Positions 19,603-29,602 of a stretch of DNA of 64,000 bases are shown in pieces. The position numbers and the translations under genes were made by a program. The stretch is taken from assembly GCA_965228855.1 (NCBI GenBank), contig CBDDIJ010000004.1, forward strand, positions 96,001 through 160,000, in the 5' to 3' direction. The notes under the pieces are model-generated. The model did no database searches, was not told the origin of the DNA, and saw only the letters and a list, made by a program, of their open reading frames with translations. The stretch's first letter is position 1. Each line of letters begins with the position of its first letter. Source of the stretch: Candidatus Obscuribacterales bacterium (GTDB taxonomy: Bacteria > Cyanobacteriota > Vampirovibrionia > Obscuribacterales > Obscuribacteraceae).

Positions 19603-20181
19603 TCATGCGGACCGCGTCCGAGCGCTTGTCGCCGCACGCGGACGGTTCTGAACGTTCCATTTGCCGTGCAAGCGAGGCAGTGAGAAGAGGTCCAGCTGGC
19701 CGGCAGCGGACGCTGCGTCCGGCAAGGAGAAGCCGTCCCTGATGACGACGAGATGTGGATTCAGATGGAGCACCAATGCGTCAGTCTCAACGACTGAGGT
19801 CCCGTCGTCGAGGAGGAACCATTTCCCGTGAGGGGCGAGAGCCACACGGCGTCCCCATAACCCGATGAAGGAGGTGGTGCGCAGGTGGTTGCGCAGGTCG
19901 GTCAGTGTCGCGCTGTATGCTTCAAGCTCCACGGCTAGGCGTTCGCGAAGCAACACCGCCAGCCGCAGAACCAAGATTGTTTGCCAGGTGAACTTTGCCG
20001 GCGAGCCTTTCCGCTTGGGTCGAACGTCGGCCGGGATGAGCACACGACGACTGGTCCATTCCCGGAGTTTGTCCGTGGAGATCCCAGTCAGTTGAGATGC
20101 GACAGGCGTCGGTACAAGGTTCAGGAGCGGCTCCCGCAAGGTCGGGGACAATACCCGATTTTCTGCAAGAACGGGTATCAT
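19603..20181 (-). CDS. MerR-like winged HTH DNA-binding protein
   Basis: TPVASQLTGISTDKLREWTSRRVLIP...AKFTWQTILVL. Confidence 0.6.
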   Translation of the reverse strand: MIPVLAENRVLSPTLREPLLNLVPTPVASQLTGISTDKLREWTSRRVLIPADVRPKRKGSPAKFTWQTILVLRLAVLLRERLAVELEAYSATLTDLRNHLRTTSFIGLWGRRVALAPHGKWFLLDDGTSVVETDALVLHLNPHLVVIRDGFSLPDAASAAGQLDLFSLPRLHGKWNVQNRPRAATSARTRSA

Positions 20182-20437
20182 GCCCGACCTCGCGCGTAAA
20201 GGATTCCGGCTGTTGGCACGATACTCAACCCGATGTCGGATCGATGCGACTGGTCACCGGGCTGTTCAGGAATGAGCAGGCGGCAAGCTCGTCGTCATGA
20301 CGATTATCGGGAAGAGCATCGCGTAAGCTGATCGTGTTCTGCCATGAGGAACATCAGGTAGCGGCGTCAACGCCTGACAGCGCTCATCGCCCAACGCTTG
20401 CTCCTCAGCCCACACCGAATATAGCCTCCGAGCTATG

Positions 20438-20731
20438 TTAGTCGACCGGAAGGATACGTGGTGCCTCGGGTGAAGCGGTTGTGGAGCGTCGGCAACTCTC
20501 AGCCCACAAGTCGAGGTCGGCAACCGCGTATCTGACATAGCGCCCGAACTTGTAGAATGTCGGTCCAGTGTCGAGGGACCGGTAGCATTCGAGAGTGTGT
20601 GCATCGAGCGCCAGGTATCTCGCAGCTGCCTCGGTATCGACGAAGCGGACTGGCCCGGCTTTATCGACGAGAACTGCGCGGGTCAGGATAGACGCAGACG
20701 GCCACCGAGCCCGCTGGTCAGTTCGCGGCAT
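20438..20731 (-). CDS. AlpA/excisionase-family HTH protein
   Basis: FVDTEAAARYLALDAHTLECYR..GPTFYKFGRYVRYAVADLDLW; overlaps the integrase 3' end. Confidence 0.8.
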   Translation of the reverse strand: MPRTDQRARWPSASILTRAVLVDKAGPVRFVDTEAAARYLALDAHTLECYRSLDTGPTFYKFGRYVRYAVADLDLWAESCRRSTTASPEAPRILPVD

Positions 20732-22166
20732 CTTGGTGCTCCATACGAACTGGGGTCGCTCCCCGCTGTTCGGCATGTCGCGTGCCGGGAGGCACCGGCC
20801 GATTGGATCCAGCGCGATGGCGGAATGGACGGTAGTTGCCCGCCTTAGTACGCGAGGCATACTTCCGATCCTCGAAGCCCGGTGGCGGTGCGACCGGTGC
20901 CGATTGTGCCACCGGCATCCGGGTTTTGTGACCGCTGATTTCCGCTTCCGCTACGACGTCGGTGACGGCAACCTGTTTGGGGTCTGCATTTCCGGGTGCG
21001 ACGACGTTGCGTCGACGGGCCGCCACAAGGTCTGCGGCCACGCGCATCGGATCGTCTTCGGTGTGGATGTACCGCATGAACATCGTCACCGTCTTGTGGG
21101 CAGTGAGGGCCATTCCGACCTTGAGCGGAATGCCGGAGTTGGCGATGTCGGTCGCAGCGCGATGGCGGATGCCGTGCGTGCCGACATGAGGCACTCCCGC
21201 TCGCTCCAGAATGCGGCACCACCCATGATGGTATGTATTGTCGGTCATGCGTTTCGTGGGGTCAAAGATCGAAGGGCAGACGAACGGCGAGCCTTCAAAG
21301 CGAGGAGCCTCGCTGAGGAGACGGTGTGCCTCGTCGCTGAGCGGCTTGGTCATTCCGCCGGTCTTGCTGTCAGGCCAGGTGACACGTCGCTTTTCGAAGT
21401 CGACCCAGACCCATTCAAGCGTAAGCACCTCGGACATACGAGCGGCGAACTCGAATTGGAGCCGAATGGCCAAGGTGATGAAGGGATGCTCCAGCCCTTC
21501 GCGGTCAGCTTCGTCGAGATAGGCGAAGAGCTTTCGCATCTCGTCGTCGGTAATGAAGCGGGTTGATCCCTTCTCAGGATACTTCTGGACATGCCGGCAG
21601 GGATTGGAGCCATCCGGGCGATACCCCCAGAGTTCTGCGAGGTTGAACATCTTTCGCACGCAGGCAAGCGTCCGATTGGCGATGATCGGCCGATCTGCCA
21701 TGGCGGTCATCATCGCCGAAATGTCGGCACGTGCGACCTCATGAACCTTCATGCGGCCGAGGCGCGGAAGAACATGGTTCTTGATGTTCTGCTCGTTGGT
21801 CTCGACCGTGCGTGGCTTGTTGTGAAGCTTCGAGTGATCTTCGATGAACCGCCCGCAAAGCTCCTTTACGGTGGGGGCGGCGCGTGCTGCTGCCTTCTCA
21901 GCGCTCGGGTCCTTTCCTTGCCGGACGTCGGCAAGCCAATCCTGTGCGATCTTGCGCGCAAGTTCGACGGTCAATTCACCGAAGCGACCAATCGCGGGTT
22001 TGCGACGGATACCGGAGTTGGTGAGGTACTGGAGCATGAAGATCTTCCGCCCCGACGGCGTGACTTTGAGGAGGAAGCCCGGTACGGTCGTGTCGCGGAG
22101 TTCGTATTCGCGCTCCTTCGGGGTTGCGGCGTCGACTGCCGTCTTGGTCAGCTTGAGTTTGGTCAT
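20718..22166 (-). CDS. Tyrosine recombinase/integrase with N-terminal arm-binding domain
   Basis: YELRDTTVPGF arm domain; catalytic ARMSE, DSKTG, HGIRH, AHKT, RYIH. Confidence 0.95.
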   Translation of the reverse strand: MTKLKLTKTAVDAATPKEREYELRDTTVPGFLLKVTPSGRKIFMLQYLTNSGIRRKPAIGRFGELTVELARKIAQDWLADVRQGKDPSAEKAAARAAPTVKELCGRFIEDHSKLHNKPRTVETNEQNIKNHVLPRLGRMKVHEVARADISAMMTAMADRPIIANRTLACVRKMFNLAELWGYRPDGSNPCRHVQKYPEKGSTRFITDDEMRKLFAYLDEADREGLEHPFITLAIRLQFEFAARMSEVLTLEWVWVDFEKRRVTWPDSKTGGMTKPLSDEAHRLLSEAPRFEGSPFVCPSIFDPTKRMTDNTYHHGWCRILERAGVPHVGTHGIRHRAATDIANSGIPLKVGMALTAHKTVTMFMRYIHTEDDPMRVAADLVAARRRNVVAPGNADPKQVAVTDVVAEAEISGHKTRMPVAQSAPVAPPPGFEDRKYASRTKAGNYRPFRHRAGSNRPVPPGTRHAEQRGATPVRMEHQDAAN

Positions 22167-22189
22167 TGTTCGTCTCCGAATTCAAAAAA

Positions 22190-22366
22190 CTAGGAGCCGA
22201 ATAGGGGCACTCAGGCTCCTAGCTCCCGGCTACAACCGCGTGCTAGGGAGAACCTCGAGTGGTTGACGACGCAAGCTAAGTCTTTGTATCGTCGTACTGT
22301 TTCGGGGTATTACCTACAATCGGCGGGGACCAGCATAGACGCAAAGGCCCCGCTCAAAATCCGGTT
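22190..22366 (+). repeat. Integrase-proximal att arm, homologous to 42081-42257
   Basis: Shared CTAGGAGCCGAATAGGGGCA, TCGTACTGTTTCGGGGTATTACCTACAA and GCTCAAAATCCGGTT. Contains a 9-bp inverted repeat CTAGGAGCC/GGCTCCTAG at 22190-22222. Confidence 0.85.
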
Positions 22367-22501
22367 GCCTCTACCCTCCACACGCAGCGCAATATCGATG
22401 TGGGTCAAGTAGTTAGGAGAGTTGCGCTTCTCAATTTGTGATCGTTCGGATTTTGCCTAGGTGCAAAATGAGAGCGCTCAGAGACAGTGAGTTAGCACTG
22501 T

Positions 22502-22586
22502 GCGGGTGTGGTGAAACTGGTAGACGCGCTGGATTCAAAATCCAGTTCCGAAAGGAGTGTCGGTTCGAGCCCGACCACCCGCACCA
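22502..22586 (+). tRNA. tRNA-Leu(CAA)
   Basis: 85 nt; acceptor GCGGGTG/CACCCGC, anticodon arm CTGGA-TTCAAAA-TCCAG, long variable arm, GGTTCGAG T-loop, CCA end. Confidence 0.95.
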
Positions 22587-22629
22587 TCTCATCAAACTAC
22601 CAATCGGGTAGGAGCTCGGACTCTCACCG

Positions 22630-23032
22630 GTGCCGTCATTTCCACGGCGCGGCGTTGGACGATGCTGTCGCGTTTGGACAGTGGCAGGGCGCGCGCCTGC
22701 TGGTTGAACGCGGAGTGCTGACTGCGCCGTGGCATTCGGCAGCTCTCGGTCTGCTGGGGCGGTTGGAGGCATATTTCGCCGACGCCAATCCGTTGCCCGC
22801 CTGGCATCCGAGGGGAGCGCCAATACGAGGCCCGTGAGTAAGGTCACGATTGCTTTCTGGTGTGTGTGTCATGGCGGATAGCGCGCGGCGGCCGAGTATC
22901 TCCTTGGACGCGGCGCTGACTTGGATGTCACCTTGAAATGGTCTGTCCCCACCGGATGCAGCCGCCCGTAGCGGCGCGGATGACATTGTGGCAAGTCTCA
23001 AATGACTTGGGGCAGGGTCGGCGCGAGAATGA
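22630..23032 (+). pseudogene. Ankyrin-repeat protein remnant
   Basis: Pieces read LDDAVAFGQWQGARLLVERG, AFWCVCHGG*RAAAEYLLGRGADLD and GLSPPDAAARSGADDIV; internal stops (TAG 22879) and no start. Confidence 0.7.
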
Positions 23033-23057
23033 TGCCCGACTTCCTTCACCGAAGCCG

Positions 23058-23474
23058 CTAGGACGCGAGCGCTTCGAGCACCGGGCAATCGGGAACCGCC
23101 TCGCCCGAGCATTGTGCGGCAGTCTCGGCGAGCACGCGCTCGATGCGCCTGAGGTCGGCGATCTTGCCGCGCACGTCCTTGAGGTGCAGTTCCGTCCGCT
23201 GCTTCACCTCTGCGCAAGTCTGCCGCTCGGTATCGACCAAAGCCAGCAATCCCCTGATCTCCGCGATATCGAAACCGAGCTCCCGTGCTCTCAGGATGAA
23301 GCGAAGCCGCTGGACATGAGTGTCGTCGTAGGCGCGGTAGCCATTGGCGCGGCGCGGGGGCTCAGGCAACAGATCGATCTTCTCGTAATACCTGACGGTC
23401 TCGAGGTTGCAGCCCGTTCGGGCCGCGAGTTCGCCGCGCCTGAGGTTTGTCGCAAAATCGTGATCGGCGCGCAT
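23058..23474 (-). CDS. merR: Hg(II)-responsive MerR regulator
   Basis: MerR HTH (ETVRYYE); three Cys (TCAEV, CSGEAVPDC); divergent from merT. Confidence 0.85.
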   Translation of the reverse strand: MRADHDFATNLRRGELAARTGCNLETVRYYEKIDLLPEPPRRANGYRAYDDTHVQRLRFILRARELGFDIAEIRGLLALVDTERQTCAEVKQRTELHLKDVRGKIADLRRIERVLAETAAQCSGEAVPDCPVLEALAS

Positions 23475-23485
23475 TCAGACACCCC

Positions 23486-23516
23486 TTGAGCCTGTAGTTG
23501 CTACAGAGACTATCGT
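23486..23516 (+). promoter_or_regulatory. MerR-type promoter/operator of merTPAB
   Basis: TTGAGC-19 bp-TATCGT with dyad CTGTAG-TTG-CTACAG in the spacer. Confidence 0.85.
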
Positions 23517-23545
23517 GTGCCTCATCGGAAATCGATGGGCACCAT

Positions 23546-23950
23546 ATGCAGACCGCATCAAATGACCTTGAAGGCGCCGCCGCCGAGCATGCGACGCCAC
23601 GCGCGAGACGGACTCTTCTGGCTGCGGGCGGCATCGTCGGCGCCATCCTGGCGTCGGCCTGCTGCATCCTGCCACTAGTGCTCGTCACTCTCGGAGTCTC
23701 GGGCGCGTGGATCGGCAGCCTGACGATGCTCGAGCCCTTCAAACCCTATATCGCGGTCGTGACCCTCGGGTTGATCGGCGGCGGCTTTTGGCACGTGTAC
23801 GTCAGAAAGCCCGCTGCCGTCGTCTGCGGGCCCGACGGCTATTGCGCTCGTCCCGAGTCCACGGTCATCACTCAGGTGGTGCTCTGGATTGCGACAGCAC
23901 TCGTGCTTCTCGCGCTCACCATCGGCTGGTGGGCTCCGTTCCTCTACTGA
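23546..23950 (+). CDS. merT: Mercuric transport protein MerT
   Basis: [28 protein letters not shown]; three TM helices. Confidence 0.9.
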   Translation: MQTASNDLEGAAAEHATPRARRTLLAAGGIVGAILASACCILPLVLVTLGVSGAWIGSLTMLEPFKPYIAVVTLGLIGGGFWHVYVRKPAAVVCGPDGYCARPESTVITQVVLWIATALVLLALTIGWWAPFLY

Positions 23951-23962
23951 AAGTCGGAAGAT

Positions 23963-24283
23963 ATGAAACGCGCAACCCTCGTCCTCGCCGCCATGATTGC
24001 CATGGGAGGATCGTTCACAGCACTTACGACTGTCCCCGCCGCGCTCGCACAGTCGGAAGCAGCGACACAGACGACTGTGTTCGCCGTCGAGAACATGTAC
24101 TGCGAGTTGTGTCCGCTCGCCGTGAAGACCGCGATGGAACGTGTACCCGGCGTCACGCTTGTTGTTGTCGACTTCGACGACAAGACCGCGACCGTAACCT
24201 TCGACCCTGCGATTGCGACCATGGAGGCAATCGCCGCCGCATCGACGAACCTCGGCTATCCTGCTCACGTCTCGGGTGCTTGA
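23963..24283 (+). CDS. merP: Periplasmic mercury-binding protein MerP
   Basis: Signal peptide and HMA motif MYCELC; lies between merT and merA. Confidence 0.85.
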   Translation: MKRATLVLAAMIAMGGSFTALTTVPAALAQSEAATQTTVFAVENMYCELCPLAVKTAMERVPGVTLVVVDFDDKTATVTFDPAIATMEAIAAASTNLGYPAHVSGA

Positions 24284-24336
24284 CCCTTCACCCGGTCGCC
24301 ACCTCTTCGATAGCGCCGACAACATTAGGGGCTGCA

Positions 24337-25779
24337 ATGAACGAACACGACCACTTCGACCTCGTCATCCTGGGGTCAGGATCGACGGCTTTCGCGGCCG
24401 CATTGCGCGCCCAGGAGATGGGCAAGACGTCGGTGATGATTGAGCACCGGGCCATTGGAGGCACGTGTGTCAACCGGGGCTGCCTGCCGTCCAAGAACCT
24501 CATCGATGCGGCACTGCTCGTTCATGAGTCCCGCAACCCGCGCTACTCCGGTCTCACGACGGACGGCCAGGGGCTGCGCGTCGACTTCCGGGAGCTGATT
24601 TCGCAGAAGGACGAAGTCATCCTCGACTACCGCAAGAAGAAGTACGACGGCCTGCTGGGCGGTCGGTTCAGCGTTGTGGAGGGCACCGCTCGGCTTGTCG
24701 ACGCTCAGACGGTCGAAGTTGATGGCCGGCGTCTCAGCGGCGAGCGTATCCTGATCGCCACCGGCTCGCGTCCATCCATCCCTGACATTGAAGGACTCGA
24801 CGCCGTCCCCTATCTCACCAGCGACCTGCTGACCCATGGCGAGGGCCAGGAGTTGGCTGACCTGCCTCCGTCACTGCTGATCGTCGGCGGCGGCTACATC
24901 GCGCTCGAACTGGGCCAGATGTTTGCGCGCTTCGGCACCAGGGTGACGATTGTCAGCCGCAACAGCCAGCTTCTCGCCCATGGCTACGAGCCGGAGGTGG
25001 GCCGTGAGATCGGCAAGGCCTTCGCCGACGAAGGCATCGCCGTTCTCAATGAGGCCACCGTTCAAAGGGTGCGCGCGGTCGAGGTGGGCATCTCCGCTGA
25101 GGTTCGGATCGGCGGCGGCATCCAAGTGTTAGAGGCAAGCCACTTGCTGATCGCGACCGGGCGACGGCCCAACAGCGATGACATCGGGCTTGAGGCCGCC
25201 GGTGTCAGGGTCAACAAGCGCGGCGAAGTCGAAGTCGACGCGGAGCTCCGCACGCCGGTGGCTCATATCTTCGCGGCGGGCGATGTGATCGGTGCCCAGC
25301 ACGGAAGCCAGATGGCGACGCCGGTCGGCGCTCGCCAGGGGATCATCGCAGCCCACAACGCGTTGTCGGTGGAACCGCCGCGGCGGTTCGATGATCGCGT
25401 CATCCCGCGCGCCATCTTCACCGATCCGCCGGTCGGGACCGTCGGCATGACGGAAGCCGAAGCGGTAGCAGCTGGACATCGCTGCTGGTGTCGGCCGCTG
25501 CCGATGAGCCTCGTTCCGCGCGCCGGCGCCACCCGCGACACGCGTGGCGTCATCAGGATGGTCGCCGATGCCGACACCAACGAGGTGCTCGGTGTCTCGA
25601 TGGTGGGTGCGGCGGCCCATGAGGTGATTCATGAGGCTGCGATGGCAATGCGCTTCCGTGCCAAACTAACCGATTTCGTCGACCTCTTGCACGTCTATCC
25701 AACGATGGCCGAGGCACTCAAGATCGCCGCGATCGCCCGGACCAAGAACCCGGCCAAACTTTCATGCTGTGCGGAGTGA
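24337..25779 (+). CDS. merA: Mercuric reductase MerA (no NmerA domain)
   Basis: [28 protein letters not shown]-terminal LSCCAE; start reassigned to ATG 24337. Confidence 0.93.
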   Translation: MNEHDHFDLVILGSGSTAFAAALRAQEMGKTSVMIEHRAIGGTCVNRGCLPSKNLIDAALLVHESRNPRYSGLTTDGQGLRVDFRELISQKDEVILDYRKKKYDGLLGGRFSVVEGTARLVDAQTVEVDGRRLSGERILIATGSRPSIPDIEGLDAVPYLTSDLLTHGEGQELADLPPSLLIVGGGYIALELGQMFARFGTRVTIVSRNSQLLAHGYEPEVGREIGKAFADEGIAVLNEATVQRVRAVEVGISAEVRIGGGIQVLEASHLLIATGRRPNSDDIGLEAAGVRVNKRGEVEVDAELRTPVAHIFAAGDVIGAQHGSQMATPVGARQGIIAAHNALSVEPPRRFDDRVIPRAIFTDPPVGTVGMTEAEAVAAGHRCWCRPLPMSLVPRAGATRDTRGVIRMVADADTNEVLGVSMVGAAAHEVIHEAAMAMRFRAKLTDFVDLLHVYPTMAEALKIAAIARTKNPAKLSCCAE

Positions 25780-25784
25780 GGACG

Positions 25785-26534
25785 ATGACTGATGCAGGCG
25801 GTAGCCCGGTGGAACTTCGGCCGGGGGTGTTTCGCCCAGATTGGTCAGCCGCCAAAAGTGCGGCAGCAAGGCGCGCACTCGAGGAACGCGCCGACGCTCG
25901 CGAGGGGCTATTGGACAAGTGGGCGCATGCTCTCGACCCCGAGACAGACCGAGTGTGGCGCTTGACGCTCCAACTGTACGGGAGTGCAGGGCTGCCGCCC
26001 TCGCCGGGCGAGATCGCCGCTCAAGCTGAAGTTCCAGAGCGGGTGGTCAAGGACGCGCTACTCGTTCTGCAGAGTCACGACCTCCTGAAGCTGCGGAACG
26101 ATGGGAGCATCCTCTATGCCTACCCATTCACGCAGGAATATTCGGGCCACACGATCGTCCTGGGCAACCACGAGCTAGAGTCCCTGTGCGCGATCGACGC
26201 GCTCGGGACGGGCGCGATGTTCGGTGCTGACGTCAAGGTGGGTTCTTCGTGCCCGGTGTGCGACGGACCGGTCAATGTCTCCACCAGTGACCGCGGCACA
26301 TCGATCGGCGAGGTCAGTCCTACCGACGCAGTCGTCTGGTATGAGTGCTCCTATGGCGAAAGCGCGGCCTCGTCATGCTGTCCCTCGATTGCCTTCTTCT
26401 GCTCGCGTGACCACCTCCAGGTTTGGCTGGCGCAGAACCCGGATGCGAACGGAATGCAACTCGCAGTCGATGAAGCCCTGGAGGTTGGCAGGGCGATCTT
26501 TGGCCCAGTGCTACAGACGAGCAACAGCATCTAA
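25785..26534 (+). CDS. merB: Organomercurial lyase MerB
   Basis: YAYPFT, LCAIDALG, SSCPVC, CCPSIAFFCS; follows merA. Confidence 0.8.
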   Translation: MTDAGGSPVELRPGVFRPDWSAAKSAAARRALEERADAREGLLDKWAHALDPETDRVWRLTLQLYGSAGLPPSPGEIAAQAEVPERVVKDALLVLQSHDLLKLRNDGSILYAYPFTQEYSGHTIVLGNHELESLCAIDALGTGAMFGADVKVGSSCPVCDGPVNVSTSDRGTSIGEVSPTDAVVWYECSYGESAASSCCPSIAFFCSRDHLQVWLAQNPDANGMQLAVDEALEVGRAIFGPVLQTSNSI

Positions 26535-26656
26535 CGGCAGCGAGGGCGAGCCGTACGGAGCCGCGCAACTGGGATCTGGACCAGCCACGGCGGACCTCCC
26601 CAGGTTAGTTGCCCTGATATGCCAGTGATGACGCGGGAAACACTCGGGAATTCGGA

Positions 26657-27079
26657 ATGCCGCAGCCGCCAAAGTCCGACATCCTCATGCGACTGGTGAT
26701 CAGGGACCCTGTGCCGGGTGTCGTGCATAGCTTGCAGGACAGGGACGGCACGCCGGTCGACGCGAAGTGCTCGGCGTCAGGTGAGCCGATTTTGTTCGAG
26801 TTCCCGGTCCGTGTTTCGCCCGGCCCGAAATTCTATGGCGAACAGGTCCGCAACGGCGGCGCAGAACGTCGCTTCGTCTACATCGCGGTGGGCAGACAGG
26901 CTGGCGATCCAGCGTCATGTTGGGATCGACGCATGAAGATCGATATTCACACCATCCCGCAAGGCCTGGTTGAGGATGCGACCGATCGGAAGTTGCTTGA
27001 AGGCGTCGTTGGCGGAACTGGTGCGGACGGTAGCCCGGCCTGCGCCACAGTCCCGGTCCGGTCGTGGCGCACCGTTTAG
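26657..27079 (+). CDS. DUF5990-like hypothetical protein
   Basis: RRFVYIAVG...WDRRMKI...GADGSPACATV pattern. Confidence 0.6.
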   Translation: MPQPPKSDILMRLVIRDPVPGVVHSLQDRDGTPVDAKCSASGEPILFEFPVRVSPGPKFYGEQVRNGGAERRFVYIAVGRQAGDPASCWDRRMKIDIHTIPQGLVEDATDRKLLEGVVGGTGADGSPACATVPVRSWRTV

Positions 27080-27212
27080 TGGGGCTGAACGTGTCTGGAT
27101 ACGCGGGAAGGGAGCCACGCGGAACGCGCCAACGGCAATCGGTTTTCCCCACCTCGGCAGCCGACCAATTGGGATGCCGTTGACCGTTCGCGCTCAGGCT
27201 CGGAACGGCCGA

Positions 27213-27608
27213 CTAATCGGGGGCATCGTGGCAATTCGGGTCCCATTGGCATTTGCCCGACTGACAGTCGGCAATGACCTTCCGAATGCTGCTGCGGACT
27301 CGTTTGAGATCATCGATGCGACGTTCGACACGTTCGAGGACAGCGGTGAGCTTTGCCTGACCGTGGCGTTTGCTCATCATCCCAGCGTCGATCTGGCCCA
27401 GGGTCAGGGCAATCTCATCAAGACTGAATCCAAGTGTCTGCAGGAATTTTGCCATGCGGATCCGCTCCGCGGCGGCCGCCGAGTAAACGCGGTAGCCGGA
27501 GGGCCTGCGGTCGGGCGGCGGCAAAAGCCCCCGCCGCTCGTAAAAGCGGATGGTGTCGACGCTTACCCCGGCTTCGCGGGCCAATTCACCAATCTTTAGC
27601 GCCTGCAC
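27213..27608 (-). CDS. MerR-family regulator
   Basis: KIGELAREAGVSVDTIRFYERRGLL; C-terminal CQSGKC..C. Confidence 0.9.
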   Translation of the reverse strand: MQALKIGELAREAGVSVDTIRFYERRGLLPPPDRRPSGYRVYSAAAAERIRMAKFLQTLGFSLDEIALTLGQIDAGMMSKRHGQAKLTAVLERVERRIDDLKRVRSSIRKVIADCQSGKCQWDPNCHDAPD

Positions 27609-27617
27609 ATCACACCC

Positions 27618-27649
27618 TTGACTCTAGACCACGGTCCAGAGTCTAGAAA
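27618..27649 (+). promoter_or_regulatory. MerR-type promoter/operator
   Basis: TTGACT -35 with dyad GACTCTAGACC-AC-GGTCCAGAGTC (10/11). Confidence 0.75.
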
Positions 27650-27714
27650 GTCTCCCGTCAGGCCACAAGCCCGCATGGGAAAGTGGTCCCAGGCCATTTG
27701 GAAGGGATCAGGAA

Positions 27715-28122
27715 ATGAACGAACTAGCACCGGCAGCCGTGCCACAAATTGCGTGTGATATGACCGCTCTCGACAAGGACCAGCTTGCAAAGCTGGCCGC
27801 CGAAGTGGAGGCGGTCTATCGCAGCACAACCGATCTCCGCGTGCTCAAGGACGGCTTCGCGCTCGGTGTGGCGGATGCCGATTTTGAAACCTTCCGCCGC
27901 ATGGCAGAAGTCGTTGCCTATGACCGGCTGTGCTGCCACTTCATCCACCACGCCATCGTGGCCGAGCCAGAGTCGAAGACGGCGTGGCTCTACTTGAGCG
28001 GCGGCACTGGCGTGAAGGAGTACATCGCCGGGGATTTGCGTAGGGGCTTCCCACCCGAAAGCAGGCTGGGCGGACTCGTCCGCGCTGCCTACGGCGAAGG
28101 ACCAGTCGAGGCGATCGCTTAG
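27715..28122 (+). CDS. Hypothetical protein with IAC...CC motif
   Basis: QIACDM...YDRLCCHF; resembles 29940-30329. Confidence 0.7.
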   Translation: MNELAPAAVPQIACDMTALDKDQLAKLAAEVEAVYRSTTDLRVLKDGFALGVADADFETFRRMAEVVAYDRLCCHFIHHAIVAEPESKTAWLYLSGGTGVKEYIAGDLRRGFPPESRLGGLVRAAYGEGPVEAIA

Positions 28123-28457
28123 CTAGAGCGTGGGGCAAACAGGATGATGGCGGCGGCTGCGAGCGCGAGCAGTCCGCCGCCCATATCCCACAGGTCCGGA
28201 CGGCGCCCTTCCGCCATCCACAGCCATAGCAGCGACGCCACGATGTATACCCCGCCGTAGGCGGCATAAGCGCGGCCGGCGTAGTCGCTTGGTGCCAGAG
28301 TGAGGAGCCAGGCGAAGGCGATGAGCGAGGCCACGCCGGGAACAAGCCACCATATCGAGTGTCCCTGCCGCACCCACATCCAGAATGCGAAGCAACCGGC
28401 GATTTCGGCGACGGCCGCACCGGCGAAGGTCAGGAGAGTGGTCAGGGCTATGGGCAT
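28119..28457 (-). CDS. ynfA: YnfA (SMR-like) membrane protein
   Basis: [13 protein letters not shown]...[13 protein letters not shown]...PDLWD. Confidence 0.85.
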   Translation of the reverse strand: MPIALTTLLTFAGAAVAEIAGCFAFWMWVRQGHSIWWLVPGVASLIAFAWLLTLAPSDYAGRAYAAYGGVYIVASLLWLWMAEGRRPDLWDMGGGLLALAAAAIILFAPRSS

Positions 28458-28495
28458 GGCGACGCTTCCATCAGGGATCGATCCATCAAGGTGGA

Positions 28496-29203
28496 TCATA
28501 TTCGCGTCGTCAGCGTAACCAGCCACTCCGGCATGACTCGCTCGAGCGCAATTTGAACTGGACGGTCGAGACCGCTCAAGATCAAGGCGCCAGCGACAAT
28601 CAGCAGAGCTCCCAAGGCCATTTTGAAACCCGAAGCGGCGCGGCTAAGCCGTCCACGCCACCGGAGCAGCAACTCCCGCGAAAGCACCCCGAGCAGCAAC
28701 AGCGGCAAGCCTGTGCCCAGGCCGAACGCGAGCATGGTCAGCGCGACGAGACCGAGATTCTCGCCACGCGCCGCCATGAGCGAGGCAGCGCCCAGGGTCG
28801 GGCCAACGCAGGGCGTCCACACCGCGCCCATGAGCAGGCCCACCCCGAATTGGCCACCCACGCCGGTTGGGGAAAACCGCCCAAAACGGCTTTGCGTCCA
28901 ATCACCGACCGGACCGGCTGCGACGGCTAGTTGCATCTGGAGGCGGGGCACCAGGAGCACAGTGCCAACAGCGATCAGCAGGATCGCCGCGATCATCCGA
29001 AACACACCGGTATCGAGCCCGACCGAAAAGCCGATCGTGGCCACGAACAGACCAATCGCTGTGAAGGAGATGGCGACACCGGCCGCCAGGGCCACGGGGC
29101 CCAGGCGGTGCTCCGCTACGGCTGCCCCCAGGACCACGGGAATCAGGGGCAGTACACAGGGCGACAAGGTGGAGAGGATGCCGGCGATAAAGGCGAACAG
29201 CAT
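28496..29203 (-). CDS. ccdA: CcdA/DsbD transmembrane electron transporter
   Basis: [10 protein letters not shown] and [10 protein letters not shown]. Confidence 0.9.
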   Translation of the reverse strand: MLFAFIAGILSTLSPCVLPLIPVVLGAAVAEHRLGPVALAAGVAISFTAIGLFVATIGFSVGLDTGVFRMIAAILLIAVGTVLLVPRLQMQLAVAAGPVGDWTQSRFGRFSPTGVGGQFGVGLLMGAVWTPCVGPTLGAASLMAARGENLGLVALTMLAFGLGTGLPLLLLGVLSRELLLRWRGRLSRAASGFKMALGALLIVAGALILSGLDRPVQIALERVMPEWLVTLTTRI

Positions 29204-29209
29204 GATCGT

Positions 29210-29602
29210 CTAGCACACCTGCCGCAGCAGCATCTCAATCTCGCCGGGATCGGTGATGCCGACCGCGCGATCGACTTCCCGGCCGGCCCGAAACACGATC
29301 ATGCTGCCCTGGAACTGCACCTTGAAAGCGTTCGCCACATCCTTCTGCGTGTCGAAATCCACGTTGAAGATGACGATCTGCGCAAGATCGGGCCTCGCCG
29401 TGAGCTCAGCTACGATCGGGATCTGCACATGGCAGGTTTCGCACCATTCGGCCGTCACGTGAACAAGGATCGGCACGCCGGCAGCCATGGCTTCGTCGAA
29501 CGCCTGCTGGGTAAACGGCACCCGCTCGGATGCCGCCGCAGGGCCGATCAGCAGGAGTGCGAGAATGGCGCCAAGAATCGTGCGGCGAAGGATCTGCATC
29601 AT
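29210..29602 (-). CDS. Exported thioredoxin-family protein
   Basis: Signal peptide and WCETC. Confidence 0.85.
   Translation of the reverse strand: MMQILRRTILGAILALLLIGPAAASERVPFTQQAFDEAMAAGVPILVHVTAEWCETCHVQIPIVAELTARPDLAQIVIFNVDFDTQKDVANAFKVQFQGSMIVFRAGREVDRAVGITDPGEIEMLLRQVC

Larger units (their letters stand above)
1..22366. mobile_element. Integrative defence island 1 (right part; extends beyond the left edge)
   Basis: Integrase and excisionase next to the att-core-like CTCAAAATCCGGTT (22353-22366); defence-type cargo. Confidence 0.7.

Noticed and set aside
22359..22392. Degenerate inverted tRNA 5' half (TCTACC...CCACAC)
   Set aside because: The similarity is short and gapped and cannot be distinguished from chance by eye.
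23707..24336. 210-aa N-terminal extension of MerA
   Set aside because: It is an out-of-frame read-through over merT and merP; the real start is ATG 24337.
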